Positions 44,340 to 58,873 of a stretch of DNA of 64,000 nucleotides are shown here, in pieces. Every line of letters begins with the position of its first letter. Within the stretch, counting starts at the first letter, position 1. The DNA is from an uncultured Rivularia sp. (GTDB lineage: Bacteria; Cyanobacteriota; Cyanobacteriia; Cyanobacteriales; Nostocaceae), in assembly GCA_963665115.1 (NCBI GenBank), contig OY762007.1, positions 768,001-832,000 on the forward strand, given 5' to 3'. The notes below the pieces were generated by a model. The model searched no databases. It was given only the letters and a program-made list of their open reading frames with translations, and was not told the DNA's origin. The position numbers and the translations under genes are program-made.

Positions 44340-45567
44340 ATGAAAATTTTATATTTAACAACCGTTCTTCCAAGTGGAAGAAGAACTGGTGGTGAAATTG
44401 CATCTCAATGCTTCATTAACGCTTTAAAACAATGCGGGCATGAAGTATTGGTTGTCGGATATCAGCGTCCCGACGATACCAAACCTCAAAACGAGAATGA
44501 AGTTGTAGTTGAAAAACGATATATAGAAACAGAAAAATCAAAATATTATCCATTTTTATGGATGGTTTTGAGTTTGTTCAAAGGGCTTCCTTACTCGGCA
44601 GCTAAATATTATTCTAAAAAATACTTAACAAAAATAAAAAGTATTTTACATAGAAATGACTATGAAACTGTCATAATCGATCATGCTCAATTAGGTTGGT
44701 TATTGCCTTTAATAACTCAAAAGTCTAAAGTCATATTTATTGCTCATAATTTAGAACATCAACTGTATGAAGCACAGTTAAACAATGCCCAAAAGTATTT
44801 ATCAAAGTACATATACAAAAGAGAAGCTCGTTTGATAAAAAAGATGGAAGACGATTTAGCTGCTTCATCAAAACAAGTATGGACGCTAACATCTCACGAT
44901 TCCAACTACTTTTATAGTCAGAACCTTTGCAGCAAAGTGTTTCATCTACCTTCCATCCGAACAGTACCACCAAAAAATTCTGCAATTAAACACTGTGATA
45001 TTGGAATAATTGGTAGCTGGACATGGAAAGCTAATAAATATGGTTTGGAGTGGTTTTTCCAAGCAGTTTATCCCCACTTACCTAAAAATATATCGATTCA
45101 GGTTGCTGGCTCTGGTGCCGGGTGGTTAGCTCAACGATATTCAAATGTTAAATATTGCGGCTTTGTCCCCAGATGCACAAGCATTTATGGCATTAGCCAA
45201 AGTTATCGCGATTCCTTCGATAAGTGGTGGTGGAATTCAGATTAAGACTCTAGATGCGATTGCTTCAGGAAGTTTAATAGTAGCTACAACTATTGCCATG
45301 CGGGGAATATTAGACTATCCGTCTGCTATTGAAATAGCCGACGAACCAGAATATTTTGCTCGCTGTCTAATACAGTTATTAGCTTTAGGTAATGAGTATG
45401 ATGTACGCGAGGTTGAACGCACAAAACTTCTTGACAGCAGGCTTACATGGTCTGTACTTAGAAGAGAAAATTTCTATCGCAGTATAGGAAGTGCGATCGA
45501 CTCGATTGAATCAAATGATTTGACATACAACTTCGATCTACCTGTAAACCAAAGCAGACAAAAATAA
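44340..45567 (+). CDS. GT-B (GT4-like) glycosyltransferase, split by apparent +1 indel at ~45167
   Basis: HNLEH, GFVP/DAQ join, 'GGGIQIKTLDAIASG'. Confidence 0.82.
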
Positions 45568-45574
45568 AACAACT

Positions 45575-46861
45575 ATGCTGCTTCACCACATTATGCAACT
45601 CTTGTATCGATTAAAACGTAGTATCAAGCCTTTAATGCGGGGTATTTGGAGGCTGTTATGTAATATTCCTCAAATCGGTATAAAGTCGAGAAAACCGAAA
45701 ATAAAGGTTTATTACGGCTTAATATTTGGTTTAATGTGTATAAGTTTAAGTTTTTGTTCTTCCCAATTTATAACGAGTTTTCAAGGCAATAGTTCTTTAG
45801 CAGCTACTACTATTGTGCCTCCTTTATCCGCAAGAAAATCTCAAATTATTGATAGTACGGGTAAAGCAGTTTTACTACGCGGTATAAATTGGTTTGGCAT
45901 GGAAGTTAGCACCCATGCACCTCATGGTTTATGGGTAAGAGACTATAAGCAAATGCTCGCTCATATCAAAAGCTTGGGCTATAACTCGATTCGCTTACCT
46001 TATTCAGTGGAGGCGCTGAAATCTTCCCATATTCATGGTGTTGATTTTACGATTGGTGCAAATGCCGAACTTCATGGAAAAACTCCCTTAGAAGTGATGG
46101 ATTTAATTGTCCAAGAAGCACGCAAGCAGGGATTACTAATCTTATTAGATAGTCACTGTCTAAAAGATGGGATTATTTCAGAAGTATGGTATGGAGATGG
46201 TTTTACAGAAAAGGATTGGATCGATACCTGGATTCTTTTGGCAAAACATTATAAAAATCAACCCAATGTTATTGGTGCAGATTTGAAAAACGAACCCCAC
46301 GGGCGTGCAAGCTGGGGAACCGAAGATCCATTAACTGACTGGCGTTTAGCCGTTCAAAAGGCTGGAAACAAAATTCTCGAAGTCAATCCTGACTGGTTAA
46401 TTGTAGTAGAGGGAATAGAGAAAAATGTACCTAACCAAAAACAGCATGGTTACTTTTGGGGTGCGAATTTAGAGGGTGTTCGGGAATATCCCGTGCATCT
46501 GAAAAACCAGCGTAAGTTAGTGTATTCTCCCCATGAATACGGAGGATCTTCTGTATCTTGGTTTCAGGATTCAGCTTTTCCCAGTAACCTTTACAAACGT
46601 TGGGAAATAGGATTTAACTACATCAATACGCTTAGTATCGCTCCCATTTTCGTTGGTGAATTCGGAGGATATCACGTTGACAGTAAATCTAAAGAAGGTA
46701 TTTGGCAACGAAAGTTTGTAGATTACATTGCTAAAAATAAACTGAGCTTTGCTTATTGGTGTTGGAATCCTAATAGTAAAGGTACTGGAGGTGTATTACA
46801 AGATGATTGGCAAACGGTAAATGATTCAAAGCAAGCGCTTTTGAGCAAGATACTACCTTAA
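45575..46861 (+). CDS. GH5 endoglucanase/cellulase
   Basis: GINWFG, IRLPY, KNEPH, YSPHEY, VGEFGG, WCWNPNS. Confidence 0.92.
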   Translation: MLLHHIMQLLYRLKRSIKPLMRGIWRLLCNIPQIGIKSRKPKIKVYYGLIFGLMCISLSFCSSQFITSFQGNSSLAATTIVPPLSARKSQIIDSTGKAVLLRGINWFGMEVSTHAPHGLWVRDYKQMLAHIKSLGYNSIRLPYSVEALKSSHIHGVDFTIGANAELHGKTPLEVMDLIVQEARKQGLLILLDSHCLKDGIISEVWYGDGFTEKDWIDTWILLAKHYKNQPNVIGADLKNEPHGRASWGTEDPLTDWRLAVQKAGNKILEVNPDWLIVVEGIEKNVPNQKQHGYFWGANLEGVREYPVHLKNQRKLVYSPHEYGGSSVSWFQDSAFPSNLYKRWEIGFNYINTLSIAPIFVGEFGGYHVDSKSKEGIWQRKFVDYIAKNKLSFAYWCWNPNSKGTGGVLQDDWQTVNDSKQALLSKILP

Positions 46862-47021
46862 TCTAGGATTGATTGGCAGATTTTTGTTGCCGTAGCATTC
46901 ATCTATAATCACTATACCTATTTTATTTTTTCCTATTACCTATTACTTCAACTTACAAGTATCTTTTGGAATCAATACTGATTCCTAATATATCAAATTT
47001 TCAAACAATTATAGATAAAAA

Positions 47022-48224
47022 TTGATTGCAATCATGTTAGAAACTGCCGCTCACACATGGAATTTTCAACCGAAAGTTAACTCTAACATTCAAAAGCCTT
47101 ATATTAAATCTCATAAAGAACCCCGTATCCTAATAGTTTCAATGCGGGGTTTTCAGTCCGAAGCTTTCCGTTCGGCAGAATATGAATTTGAAGATGTAAT
47201 TAATACTTTTGATTACGCCGATTTACTTTCGCCAGCTTATGTACCTAGTTTTAAATCGGAAGTCAAAAAAAAGGTTGCTAACTATGCAGGTTTGGCTTTA
47301 AATCAAAGCAAATTGTTGCGTTCTGGCTGTGAAGAATTAGTTGTAGAGAAAGAATACGATTTAATATTCTTTATTTGTCAACACTTTTGGGATTTAACCT
47401 GTATTAATGTTATTAAGGGATGGCGCGATAAATGTAAAAAAGCAGTGCTATGGATAGATGAAATTTGGGCAAAAGAACTTGAAAATCATAAAACTGGACT
47501 TTGCTTAAAATTAGCCAAAGACTTCGACTATATATTTACGACTCAGAGTCAAAGCGTTAATGCTATAAGTCAACTGGTGAAACGTCCTTGTTATAGCTTG
47601 CCTTATGCCGTCGATGCTGTAAAGTTTTGTCCTTATCCACAAGTTCCTCAAAGACATATCGATGTTTATAGCGTTGGCCGCCGTTCGCCAATGATGCATA
47701 AGTCTTTACTAAAATTGACGGAATGCGACAACTTTCTTTACCTATACGATACCCTTAAAGGTTTAGAAATGAGGAATTATCGAGAACATCGAACTTTATA
47801 CAGTAATTTAATCAAAAGAAGTCGTTATTTTATTGCTAATAAAGCCAAATTTGATAGTGGCAATCAAATAGGAAGTCAACAAGAGTTAGGTTCGCGTTTC
47901 TTTGAAGGAGCCGCAGGAGGAGCAGTAATGATTGGAATACCGCCTGTTTGCGAGGCTTATACTAAATATTTTGACTGGGCTGATGCCGTAATCGAATTAC
48001 CAAATGTTACTACTGATATAGCGGATATTATTACTCAATTGGATGCACAACCAGAAAGGCTGCGAAAAATACGTAAAGATAATATGATTAACTCATTACT
48101 GAGACATGATTGGGTATATCGTTGGGAAGAAATATTAAGTAAAGTTGGGTTAGAGAATACTCCTGAAATGTTAATTAGAAAAACTTACTTAAAGAATTTA
48201 GCTAAGATGATTTCGATAAGCTAA
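47022..48224 (+). CDS. glycosyltransferase (CgeB-like GT-B)
   Basis: 'SRFFEGAAGGAVMIG', 'LRHDWVYRW'. Confidence 0.8.
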   Translation: MIAIMLETAAHTWNFQPKVNSNIQKPYIKSHKEPRILIVSMRGFQSEAFRSAEYEFEDVINTFDYADLLSPAYVPSFKSEVKKKVANYAGLALNQSKLLRSGCEELVVEKEYDLIFFICQHFWDLTCINVIKGWRDKCKKAVLWIDEIWAKELENHKTGLCLKLAKDFDYIFTTQSQSVNAISQLVKRPCYSLPYAVDAVKFCPYPQVPQRHIDVYSVGRRSPMMHKSLLKLTECDNFLYLYDTLKGLEMRNYREHRTLYSNLIKRSRYFIANKAKFDSGNQIGSQQELGSRFFEGAAGGAVMIGIPPVCEAYTKYFDWADAVIELPNVTTDIADIITQLDAQPERLRKIRKDNMINSLLRHDWVYRWEEILSKVGLENTPEMLIRKTYLKNLAKMISIS

Positions 48225-48535
48225 TGTGCAGCTAAGTTATATTAAAAAAAAATTGGAATTATTGTAGTGCGGGCCGAACAGCCCGCTAGTACTATACAAA
48301 TTAAGTGCGTAACGGCTTAGTATAGGAATTTGATTTGTTCTGAAGGAGAACTGTACGCTCGTTGATAAGAGCGCAAGTCCAGGTTGCTAAGTTTTAGGAA
48401 CGAAATATATTTGTAAACTCTTCTATTATTCCATAGGAGAGTTTATCGTATTGTCAATGCAATTTCTGAGGTTAGTAGTAGCGCCGATAAGAGGTGAAGA
48501 CGGTGCTACTACTAACCTATTTTTAAGAGCAATAT

Positions 48536-49321
48536 CTAATATTTATCAATTAAAATAGTTTGCTCGCTATCCTTAGAACTCTTATTAAAGCACAAGCTAA
48601 GCTTTTGCTTCAGGATTAATAAGAAGAAAGGAATATCATCGAGTAAATATCTTTTCCATAATCTTTTTGGTTCGCATAAGAGCCTAAATAACCACTCCAA
48701 ACCTATTTCACTCATCCATTTTGGCGATCTTTTGACATTCCCTGCTTCAAAATCAATCGTTGCTCCTAATGCCATAAATATTTTGATAAATTTGAAATCA
48801 TCTTTATACTTGTAAAGCCACTTTTCTTGTTTTGGGGCACCCAATCCGATAACCAAGACTGTAGCATCTGAATTATTAATCATATCTACTATATTTTGAC
48901 ATTCTGCTTCATCTTTTTCAAAGCCGAAAGGTGGAGAATAAGAGTTAACAACAATATTTCTTCCTATTTTATGATTAATTCTTTTTTGCGCTTTACTAGC
49001 TACACCTTGAGCCGCACCTAATAGGAAAATTTTAATCTCCTTATTGTTTCTATGGTAATTACAAAAAGCAGGTAATAAATCGGAACCAGATATTTTTTCT
49101 TTGATTGGCGTTCCTAAAAATTTAGATGCATACATAATTATTTGACTATCACAAATTTTATAGTCACCGATACTATAAGATTGAAGAAACTCGGAATCCC
49201 TTTGAAGTTTAATAATATGGTCTACATTTGGTGTAAATACTACTCCCGATTTTAAATTTTTGAGTAATTCTTGTTTAGACCAATTATCAATTTCTAAGTT
49301 TAAAATCTTAATCTTGTTCAT
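48536..49321 (-). CDS. WecB/TagA/CpsF family glycosyltransferase
   Basis: TPNVDH, SGSDL, GLGAPKQEKW, GLEWLFRL..EPKRL. Confidence 0.93.
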   Translation of the reverse strand: MNKIKILNLEIDNWSKQELLKNLKSGVVFTPNVDHIIKLQRDSEFLQSYSIGDYKICDSQIIMYASKFLGTPIKEKISGSDLLPAFCNYHRNNKEIKIFLLGAAQGVASKAQKRINHKIGRNIVVNSYSPPFGFEKDEAECQNIVDMINNSDATVLVIGLGAPKQEKWLYKYKDDFKFIKIFMALGATIDFEAGNVKRSPKWMSEIGLEWLFRLLCEPKRLWKRYLLDDIPFFLLILKQKLSLCFNKSSKDSEQTILIDKY

Positions 49322-50737
49322 GATGGCTTTTAGTAATGCTGATAACTATTTTTATATTTTTGACATGGAACGTATTTGTTGAAATAATAGTTTTGTTTAA
49401 CTCCAATTTTATTGAATAAGAAAGTAAATTACATCTTTATTAATCTAATTGAAAATGGCTATAAAGATAGTACGCCCGTAACATAAAACTAAAAATTTTG
49501 TTTTGATAAAAGCATAATTTTAGTTAGCTGAAAACTAACTGAATAAAGACTCTTCAGTTACAAAGTCTTTATATAAACAAAAACAGTGATTCTATCTGCA
49601 TTTATTTTGTGAATCTAAAAAACTTTAAGGATGAGCAATTTGAAGCGATTGTTTTGTCTGTATTTACAGTAATAAAATTTGCTAATATTATGTTTTTGCT
49701 AATTATTTTTATGACAATAAACAAAGTTATCATAAGAAAGCAAAGTAAAATTGCTGGGTTACTTATTTTTCATAAAAAAGAAATGTAAAAAAGTAATATT
49801 ACGGTTGCCCAAAAAAAATTAGCTTGTGTAAAAATTATAGCTTCCACTCTATACTTAAATATATGCTTTATATATATATATTATGAAGAGTTAATCAATA
49901 TTCTAGAGTTACGATTAAAAATTACGCCATGAAGATACGAGTTATTACTTACCTATATTAACTTCACTTTGATTCTGATGACAACATATAGTAAACCGCA
50001 TAACAGTAGTAACAAAATTGACATTCTAAAACCAGATTTATTGCAAAAATAGTTGCAAATACTATCAAATTATTATAAATATGAGTATACTAACAAATTA
50101 TGAATTAGTATAATCACTTATTCGATTTATATCTTATTTATTTAATAAAAGTGAAGAATTTTTAATTATTGAAGTACTAAAGCTGCCGATCATCTTCAAC
50201 GTGCAAAAAGCTTAGGATTATATAAAAGAAACCCCGCAATCATAATTGAAAGTAGCAAATTTTCCCTAAAACTAATACTACATAATTCAGGCGTTCATAG
50301 ATAATCTGGCGGAACTTAAGATGCTGCCATTGCTCTTGCTTAAGACTATAGCTACATTACATCAGATGTAAATTGTAATAATAATTACTGTCAAGGTAAA
50401 ACCATCAATCATACGTCATTCATAGACTCATGCAATATCATCTTCTTAAATGCTGAGATTCCATTCCTTACTTACAATTTGTTTGCGATAATCCGGGGTG
50501 TTATTTCGGCTATTACTTCAAGAATTATAATTACTACATATTTGTGGAATATGTATGCAATATTTTTGTCAACCGTTATATTACTATATTTACAAATTAA
50601 AAAAACGTATTAAATTTACAAAAGTTCTGCCTAATTAAGGATGTAGCTATAATTTTTTTGGTGTTAAATATTAAATACTGCCGTCATATAGACTAAAACT
50701 AAGCTAGTCAATATTTAAGTGGCTATATCAATTAGGA

Positions 50738-51572
50738 GTGAACGTGAATACCATTTTTCTTCGTAAAAGCGTTTTTTCGCTTACTTTGACAACTGTTGCA
50801 TTATTAAGTGGTGGGTTATCTGTTTCTGCTCAGACAGCAGAAGAAACGAGCAATAAGCAGTTCGTACAATCCAGGCAATCTTCCGAACAACAAAATACAG
50901 GTGTTGAGCATTTTACCCCTAGTTTCTCTAATGATTCTGAAGAATTAAATCTATCGGTTAATCCAGAATTACTAACATCTCAGGCAGTATCCCAGGTACC
51001 GGAATCAGCACCCGTTCCCGGAACATCAGCGACTTCATCTGCACCCCTTGCCGATCGCAATCCATCTTCTAATGCTCAATTTCCTTCTTCAAATCTGAAA
51101 CCATCTATTTCTTCAGATGTGGCTCAAGCGGATATTGATTTTGGTGGTGCAACCCGTGGTGGTTCTAGCTATATCGGAATTGCAGGGAATCTAGGTTTGG
51201 GTGGCGATTCCGCTTTAGGTGATGGTAACTTTATGGTTATCAGTAAAGTTGGAATAACAGATATTTTATCGATACGTCCCTCAGTGGTGCTTGGGGACGA
51301 TACAGTAATTTTAGCTCCCGTTACCTATGACTTTTCTTTCAAGCAGGTAACAGATCCATTCAGCGAAGCATTACCTTTTTCTCCTTACGTTGGAGCGGGT
51401 GTGGCTTTAGCAACTGGCGACGATTCAGAATTAAGTTTCTTGATTACTGGTGGTGTAGATGTACCGCTAAGTGACAAATTAACGGCTACAGCAGCTATAA
51501 ATGCAGCATTCTTCGATGAAACCGACCCTCGGGCTTTCTGTAGGAGTCGGTTATAACTTCGGAGGTTTCTAA
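50738..51572 (+). CDS. secreted/outer-membrane beta-barrel protein (apparent +1 indel at ~51526; corrected end DLGLSVGVGYNFGGF*)
   Basis: Signal peptide, S/P-rich linker, 'SYIGIAGNLGL', 'SPYVGAGV', 'TGGVDVPL'. Confidence 0.75.
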
Positions 51573-52103
51573 ACACCGATCGCGAATACGGCAAGTAGGG
51601 GAAAATCAAACCTTTACTTGCTTCCGTCTGAAAAAGTTTGCGTAACGATGAAAACAATAGTGCATTTGAACTTTGGTTTGAATGCACTATTGCCTTTATG
51701 AATACGAATCAATTGTTTTTTTTAATTAATCGTCTCGCTCCCTAATAGCAGCTAGCGATCTTTCCAACTCGCTGATTCTAATTCGCTACGCGAGACGTTT
51801 GCACTACGAATGTGTTACCCAGCAAAATTAATGTGGTGGTAGTAACTATATAAGGTATAGAGGTAGTGCGAGCATCTTGCTAGCTACTAACTACGAGCGA
51901 GCAAGATGTCGCACTACATTTTTATTACTTCGCATAACTTATGTGGTGGAATAGTAGTGCGTTTCATTAATTCTGAATGGTGGATTTGTCAGCAAAATAG
52001 CGTAGAGACGCAATACTATTGCCGTCTCTAAAACCATTTGAAATTAATGAAATAAGCTAATGATTTAACAAGATTCCGATGGAATCTTTTTAGTCATTAG
52101 TAA

Positions 52104-52192
52104 CGGAGAGGGAGGGATTCGAACCCTCGATGAGGTATTAACCCCATAACTCCTTAGCAGGGAGCCGCTTTCAACCGCTCAGCCACCTCTCC
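52104..52192 (-). tRNA. tRNA-Ser(GCT)
   Basis: GGAGAGG acceptor stem, anticodon loop CT-GCT-AA, long variable arm, GTTCGAATCC; CCA not encoded. Confidence 0.95.
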
Positions 52193-52320
52193 TTAAGCGG
52201 TAACAAATATGAATGGTAGCAGATAATAATGTGCAAGTCAATAGTGAGATTAAACTGCATTATGTACACATTCTTGTTACAGCTTCATATGCGCTTAGCG
52301 GCTAATTTGTTTATACCTGT

Positions 52321-54673
<2,353 letters not shown>

Positions 54674-54919
54674 TTACAATACGGTTATTTAATACTTTTG
54701 TGCATTTTGATAATTTTCATTATACTTTGCATTCCGTTACATTTTGCATTTGACTTCGCATCGTTTTTCCAAATTTTTGCCGTTCAATGGCATTTCTCGC
54801 TTATTTGCTTCGGAAGTTTCATAAATGCTTCGCAATGAACCAGTTGGAATAATCGCTCTTAGAGAACAGGAAACGAAGTTAATTCTAGTGCAAATTTCTT
54901 CAGTTCCCTCCCATTATTG

Positions 54920-55969
54920 TCAACGTACTATTCTCCAAGCACGCCAAGAAGTATAACTCAGTAAAGAAGTGCTACCACAAGCATAGACAGTACCGCTAGG
55001 TATACCAGCAATAGCTAACGCCAGACTTCCAACCCACAATGTTAAAGAATAAATAAACAAAACTGTCAATCGATGAGATAAACCAGCTTCTAGTAATCTA
55101 TGGTGCAGGTGAGTTTTATCAGCGAGAAAAGGCGATTTACCTTGTAGAATTCGCCCTAAAATGACACTTGACATATCTACAATCGGTACTGCCAAAATGA
55201 CGTATGGTAGCAAAACCGCAGTCACCGCAGGTATTTTGACCAAACCGATTACTCCTACCGAAGCTAAAGTGAATCCAATAAAATAAGAACCTCCGTCTCC
55301 CATAAAAATTTGCGCGGGATTGAAATTATAACGGAGAAATCCAAATGTAGCTCCAGAAAGGGCTGCGGCTATTAAAGCTGCCGCTGGCTGCTGCATAAAT
55401 AAAGCGGCAATCAACATCACCATCGCCGCAATTCCAGATACGCCAGCAGCCAAACCATCTAAACCATCAATCCAGTTAATTGCATTTACCATACCCACCA
55501 ACCAAATAACAGTGATGGGTAAACTCAACCAACCTAAATGAATTAATCCTCCCGTAGGAATGCTGAGAAAATCAATACTCACTCCTGCTTTCCAAGCACA
55601 ACCTGCTACTACAGTTTGAATCGTCAAGCGTACCAAAGGAGACAAATTGAATAAATCATCAGCTAAACCAATCAGGAAAAAAGCCAAACCACCAAGAGTT
55701 ACACCCCAAATTTGCCATTCCTTATCGGGTGGTAAAAATCCAAATCCACCCAACCACCAAACCATTAATAAAGAAATAACAGTACCTGCGAAGATTGATA
55801 CTCCTCCAAGACGCACCATTGGACTTTGATGAACTTTTCGCTCCGAAGGTTTATCCAAACGTCCGCTTTTTATACCAATATTTTTGACATCAGGCGTAGT
55901 CCAGAGAACCACTACGGCAGCCAATAAGAAAGCTATCAGATGATAAATCTGAGCAGGCAGCATCTGCAT
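54920..55969 (-). CDS. MraY/WecA-family undecaprenyl-phosphate GlcNAc-1-phosphate transferase
   Basis: GLADD, NAINWIDGLDGLA, IFMGDGG, HLHH. Confidence 0.9.
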   Translation of the reverse strand: MQMLPAQIYHLIAFLLAAVVVLWTTPDVKNIGIKSGRLDKPSERKVHQSPMVRLGGVSIFAGTVISLLMVWWLGGFGFLPPDKEWQIWGVTLGGLAFFLIGLADDLFNLSPLVRLTIQTVVAGCAWKAGVSIDFLSIPTGGLIHLGWLSLPITVIWLVGMVNAINWIDGLDGLAAGVSGIAAMVMLIAALFMQQPAAALIAAALSGATFGFLRYNFNPAQIFMGDGGSYFIGFTLASVGVIGLVKIPAVTAVLLPYVILAVPIVDMSSVILGRILQGKSPFLADKTHLHHRLLEAGLSHRLTVLFIYSLTLWVGSLALAIAGIPSGTVYACGSTSLLSYTSWRAWRIVR

Positions 55970-56327
55970 AAAAAAAATCGCTTGTTTACAGTATTAGACA
56001 AATAGACAAATTAGATTAAGTAGAAAATCGCATTGTTCTATTACTACTAAGATTTATATAGTTGTCAGCATAAGAACGATACATTTTTAAATACATTTAG
56101 AATTTTAGATAAAGAATTGGGAAATCGAGATGAGTAATTACCACATTTATATATCAGTAATTATGCTGAACATTGAGAATTGGGCATGGGGGATTGGGAA
56201 TAACTATAGTTTTGCGAGCATTAAAAAACCCCCCTTAAAAAAAGGAGGGAATTAATTAAACGTTGAAAATATAGCGGTTTTTATTTGTATACAGTAGAGT
56301 ATTTACCTACCGCCATATTTCTAAAAT

Positions 56328-57611
56328 TTATGCCAAAGCTGCTACGGGAACTCCAATATGCTCATATAGAGGAAAACTCTTACATAAAGCAGCTACACGT
56401 CGGCGACAATCTTCAGCAATTTTGTCTGAATCGGGATTTAACAAACGGTCGGCAATTATATTACCGATTTCAGTAAATTCTGCTACTCCCATGCCTCGCG
56501 TTGTCATGGCAGGAGAACCAAGTCTTAAACCACTGGTAACAAAAGGAGATTCGGGGTCAAAGGGAACTGTATTTTTATTCACAGTGATATTTACATCGCT
56601 GACTAACTGGTCTGCTTTCTTACCCGTCATGCTAATGCACCGTAAATCCACGAGCATAAGATGATTTTCTGTACCGTTGGAGACAATTTTTAAATCCCTG
56701 CTTTGCAATTGATTGGCTAAAGCACGAGCATTTTCAATTACAGCAGCAGAATAATCTTTAAATTCTGGCTTGAGAGCTTCCCCAAATGCTACTGCTTTAC
56801 CAGCAATAACGTGTTCTAATGGGCCACCTTGGGTACCGGGGAAAACTGATTTATCAAACTTTTTGCCCATGTCAGCATCGCGAGTCAAGATTAAACCACC
56901 CCTTGGCCCGCGTAAAGTTTTATGGGTAGTTGTAGTCACTACATCGCAATAAGGAACGGGATTTGGATGAAGTCCGGCTGCTACCAAACCAGCGATGTGA
57001 GCAATATCCGCCAACAGGTAAGCACCAACTTCATCGGCGATACTGCGGAATTTTTCAAAATCAATTACACGAGGATAAGCCGAATATCCACAAATTAAGA
57101 GCTTTGGACGCTCCCTTAGCGCCTGCTCGCGGATTTGTTCGTAGTCTAGCTGTTCTGTTTCTTGACTAACGCCGTAATGACAAACTTCAAACCACTTACC
57201 AGAAACATTTACTGGCGAACCGTGGGTAAGGTGTCCCCCATGAGATAAATCCATTCCCATGATTTTATCGCCGGGTTCCAATAAAGTTAGGAATACCGCA
57301 AAATTAGCTTGCGCTCCAGAATGAGGCTGGACGTTAGCGTGAGCAGCGCCAAATAGCTGTTTAGCACGATCGATGGCTATCTGCTCTATTTTGTCGATTA
57401 TTCCGCAACCGCCGTAGTAACGCTTACCCGGTAATCCCTCAGCGTATTTATTCGTCAGTACCGAACCTTGAGCAGCTAATACAGCCGCAGAAGTAAAGTT
57501 TTCTGAAGCAATCAACTCCAAGTGGTCTTGTTGACGCTTTAGTTCGTCATTGATTAACTCTGCCACTGTAGGGTCAGAAGTTGCAAGGAAATCTGAATTA
57601 GTTTTAGTCAC
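56328..57611 (-). CDS. glyA: serine hydroxymethyltransferase
   Basis: [27 protein letters not shown]. Confidence 0.97.
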   Translation of the reverse strand: MTKTNSDFLATSDPTVAELINDELKRQQDHLELIASENFTSAAVLAAQGSVLTNKYAEGLPGKRYYGGCGIIDKIEQIAIDRAKQLFGAAHANVQPHSGAQANFAVFLTLLEPGDKIMGMDLSHGGHLTHGSPVNVSGKWFEVCHYGVSQETEQLDYEQIREQALRERPKLLICGYSAYPRVIDFEKFRSIADEVGAYLLADIAHIAGLVAAGLHPNPVPYCDVVTTTTHKTLRGPRGGLILTRDADMGKKFDKSVFPGTQGGPLEHVIAGKAVAFGEALKPEFKDYSAAVIENARALANQLQSRDLKIVSNGTENHLMLVDLRCISMTGKKADQLVSDVNITVNKNTVPFDPESPFVTSGLRLGSPAMTTRGMGVAEFTEIGNIIADRLLNPDSDKIAEDCRRRVAALCKSFPLYEHIGVPVAALA

Positions 57612-58064
57612 TGTTAAGTTATCTTTGTGTCGTGATTTGTGCGTTCAGCTCCCTCGAAAAACGTTCGCCGATCGCACAGAAGAAAAGTCTATCTCTTTTC
57701 CCATTAATAATTTAACAAGGTATCAACAGTTAATAAACTTCCAACAAGCCCAAAAGTACAAAATACAAAATATCTGTCATCTACGAGTTCAAGAAGAAAA
57801 CTTATATCTATCTGCAAAGTGATAAATCTTGCTATGTATTACTTTTTACTAAAAGTCTGCAACATTTTCATCTTTAAACCATAAAATAGAAATAAATCTA
57901 CTTTTCGGTCAAAATTTAACAATCGCCATCGATATTTATCTTCTCCGAACGGGAAATAAAAAATAGAACTATTCTTTGTCAAAGCATTAAAATAAAATCA
58001 ATATAAATTTTAGTTGTCGGACAAATTATAGTAAAAATCAAAACTCATTTAAACGGGTATTATA

Positions 58065-58262
58065 ATGTTAGTAATTTTAATAAAAGAGCAGCTTATTGCC
58101 CCTCAAAACGTTTGCAAATCTTGCGTTCTTGCCGACAAAAGCGGTAAACCACGCTGGTATGATGGTAAATTGGGCTGCGGACGGGCTGCAAACAAAATTA
58201 CTGAAAAACAACCAAATTGGCATGAATGTATAATGGGCTTCCGCATTGCCAATATAGAATAG
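58065..58262 (+). CDS. small Cys-rich conserved hypothetical protein
   Basis: CxxC..LAD..G.PRW..G.L.C..EC.MGF pattern. Confidence 0.6.
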   Translation: MLVILIKEQLIAPQNVCKSCVLADKSGKPRWYDGKLGCGRAANKITEKQPNWHECIMGFRIANIE

Positions 58263-58343
58263 TGCAATAAAGACGAAGACCCGCGTTTCTGCGTTATCCT
58301 AGGTTCATGCAAACGGTGTAATTGAAACATAGGAGAACGCAGA

Positions 58344-58820
58344 ATGGCTTGGCGCGGTTCTACAACTGTTAAAGATAGGATTTTTGCTTGCTTACCTTAT
58401 TTACTTCCCTTGGTTGAAGGAGTATCTTTTGGTAGCTATTTATTATCGCAGTTTCCACCCTTGGGAGTAATTTTGATTCCACTTTTACCTGTCTTAGCAA
58501 TTTATAATGGCGTACCTTTTGCTGGGTTAATCATTTTCTTTGCTCTATTTATGTTGGTAGTACGGAATGAGAAAATCCCTCATCTTATTCGCTTCAATAC
58601 AATGCAGGCTATTCTTTTAAGTATTGTTTTGTCTCTATGCGGTCTTCTGATACGTGCTTTAAGCCCAGTACCGGGTGCTAATTTTGCTATAGAAACCTTG
58701 TTTAATACTATTTTTATCGGTTTACTCGTAGCCGTTGTATATTCTGTTGCTCAAACGATCATGGGTCGTTACGCAGAAATTCCCGCAATTTCTGATGCGG
58801 TTCATATGCAGGTTCGTTAA
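58344..58820 (+). CDS. Tic20/Ycf60 family membrane protein
   Basis: 'DRIFACLPYLLPL', 'IRFNTMQA', 'IPAISDAV'; AGGAG RBS. Confidence 0.9.
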   Translation: MAWRGSTTVKDRIFACLPYLLPLVEGVSFGSYLLSQFPPLGVILIPLLPVLAIYNGVPFAGLIIFFALFMLVVRNEKIPHLIRFNTMQAILLSIVLSLCGLLIRALSPVPGANFAIETLFNTIFIGLLVAVVYSVAQTIMGRYAEIPAISDAVHMQVR

Positions 58821-58873
58821 GACAGTACGTGAAGTCAATGTGCGCTGTTGGTATCGCGTTCGCTGTCTATTTT

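Noticed and set aside
51575..51655. Partial glnA-riboswitch-like words on the minus strand (ATCGTT..GACGGAAG)
   Set aside because: The closing GAAGGAACG segment is absent and there is no downstream gene in that orientation
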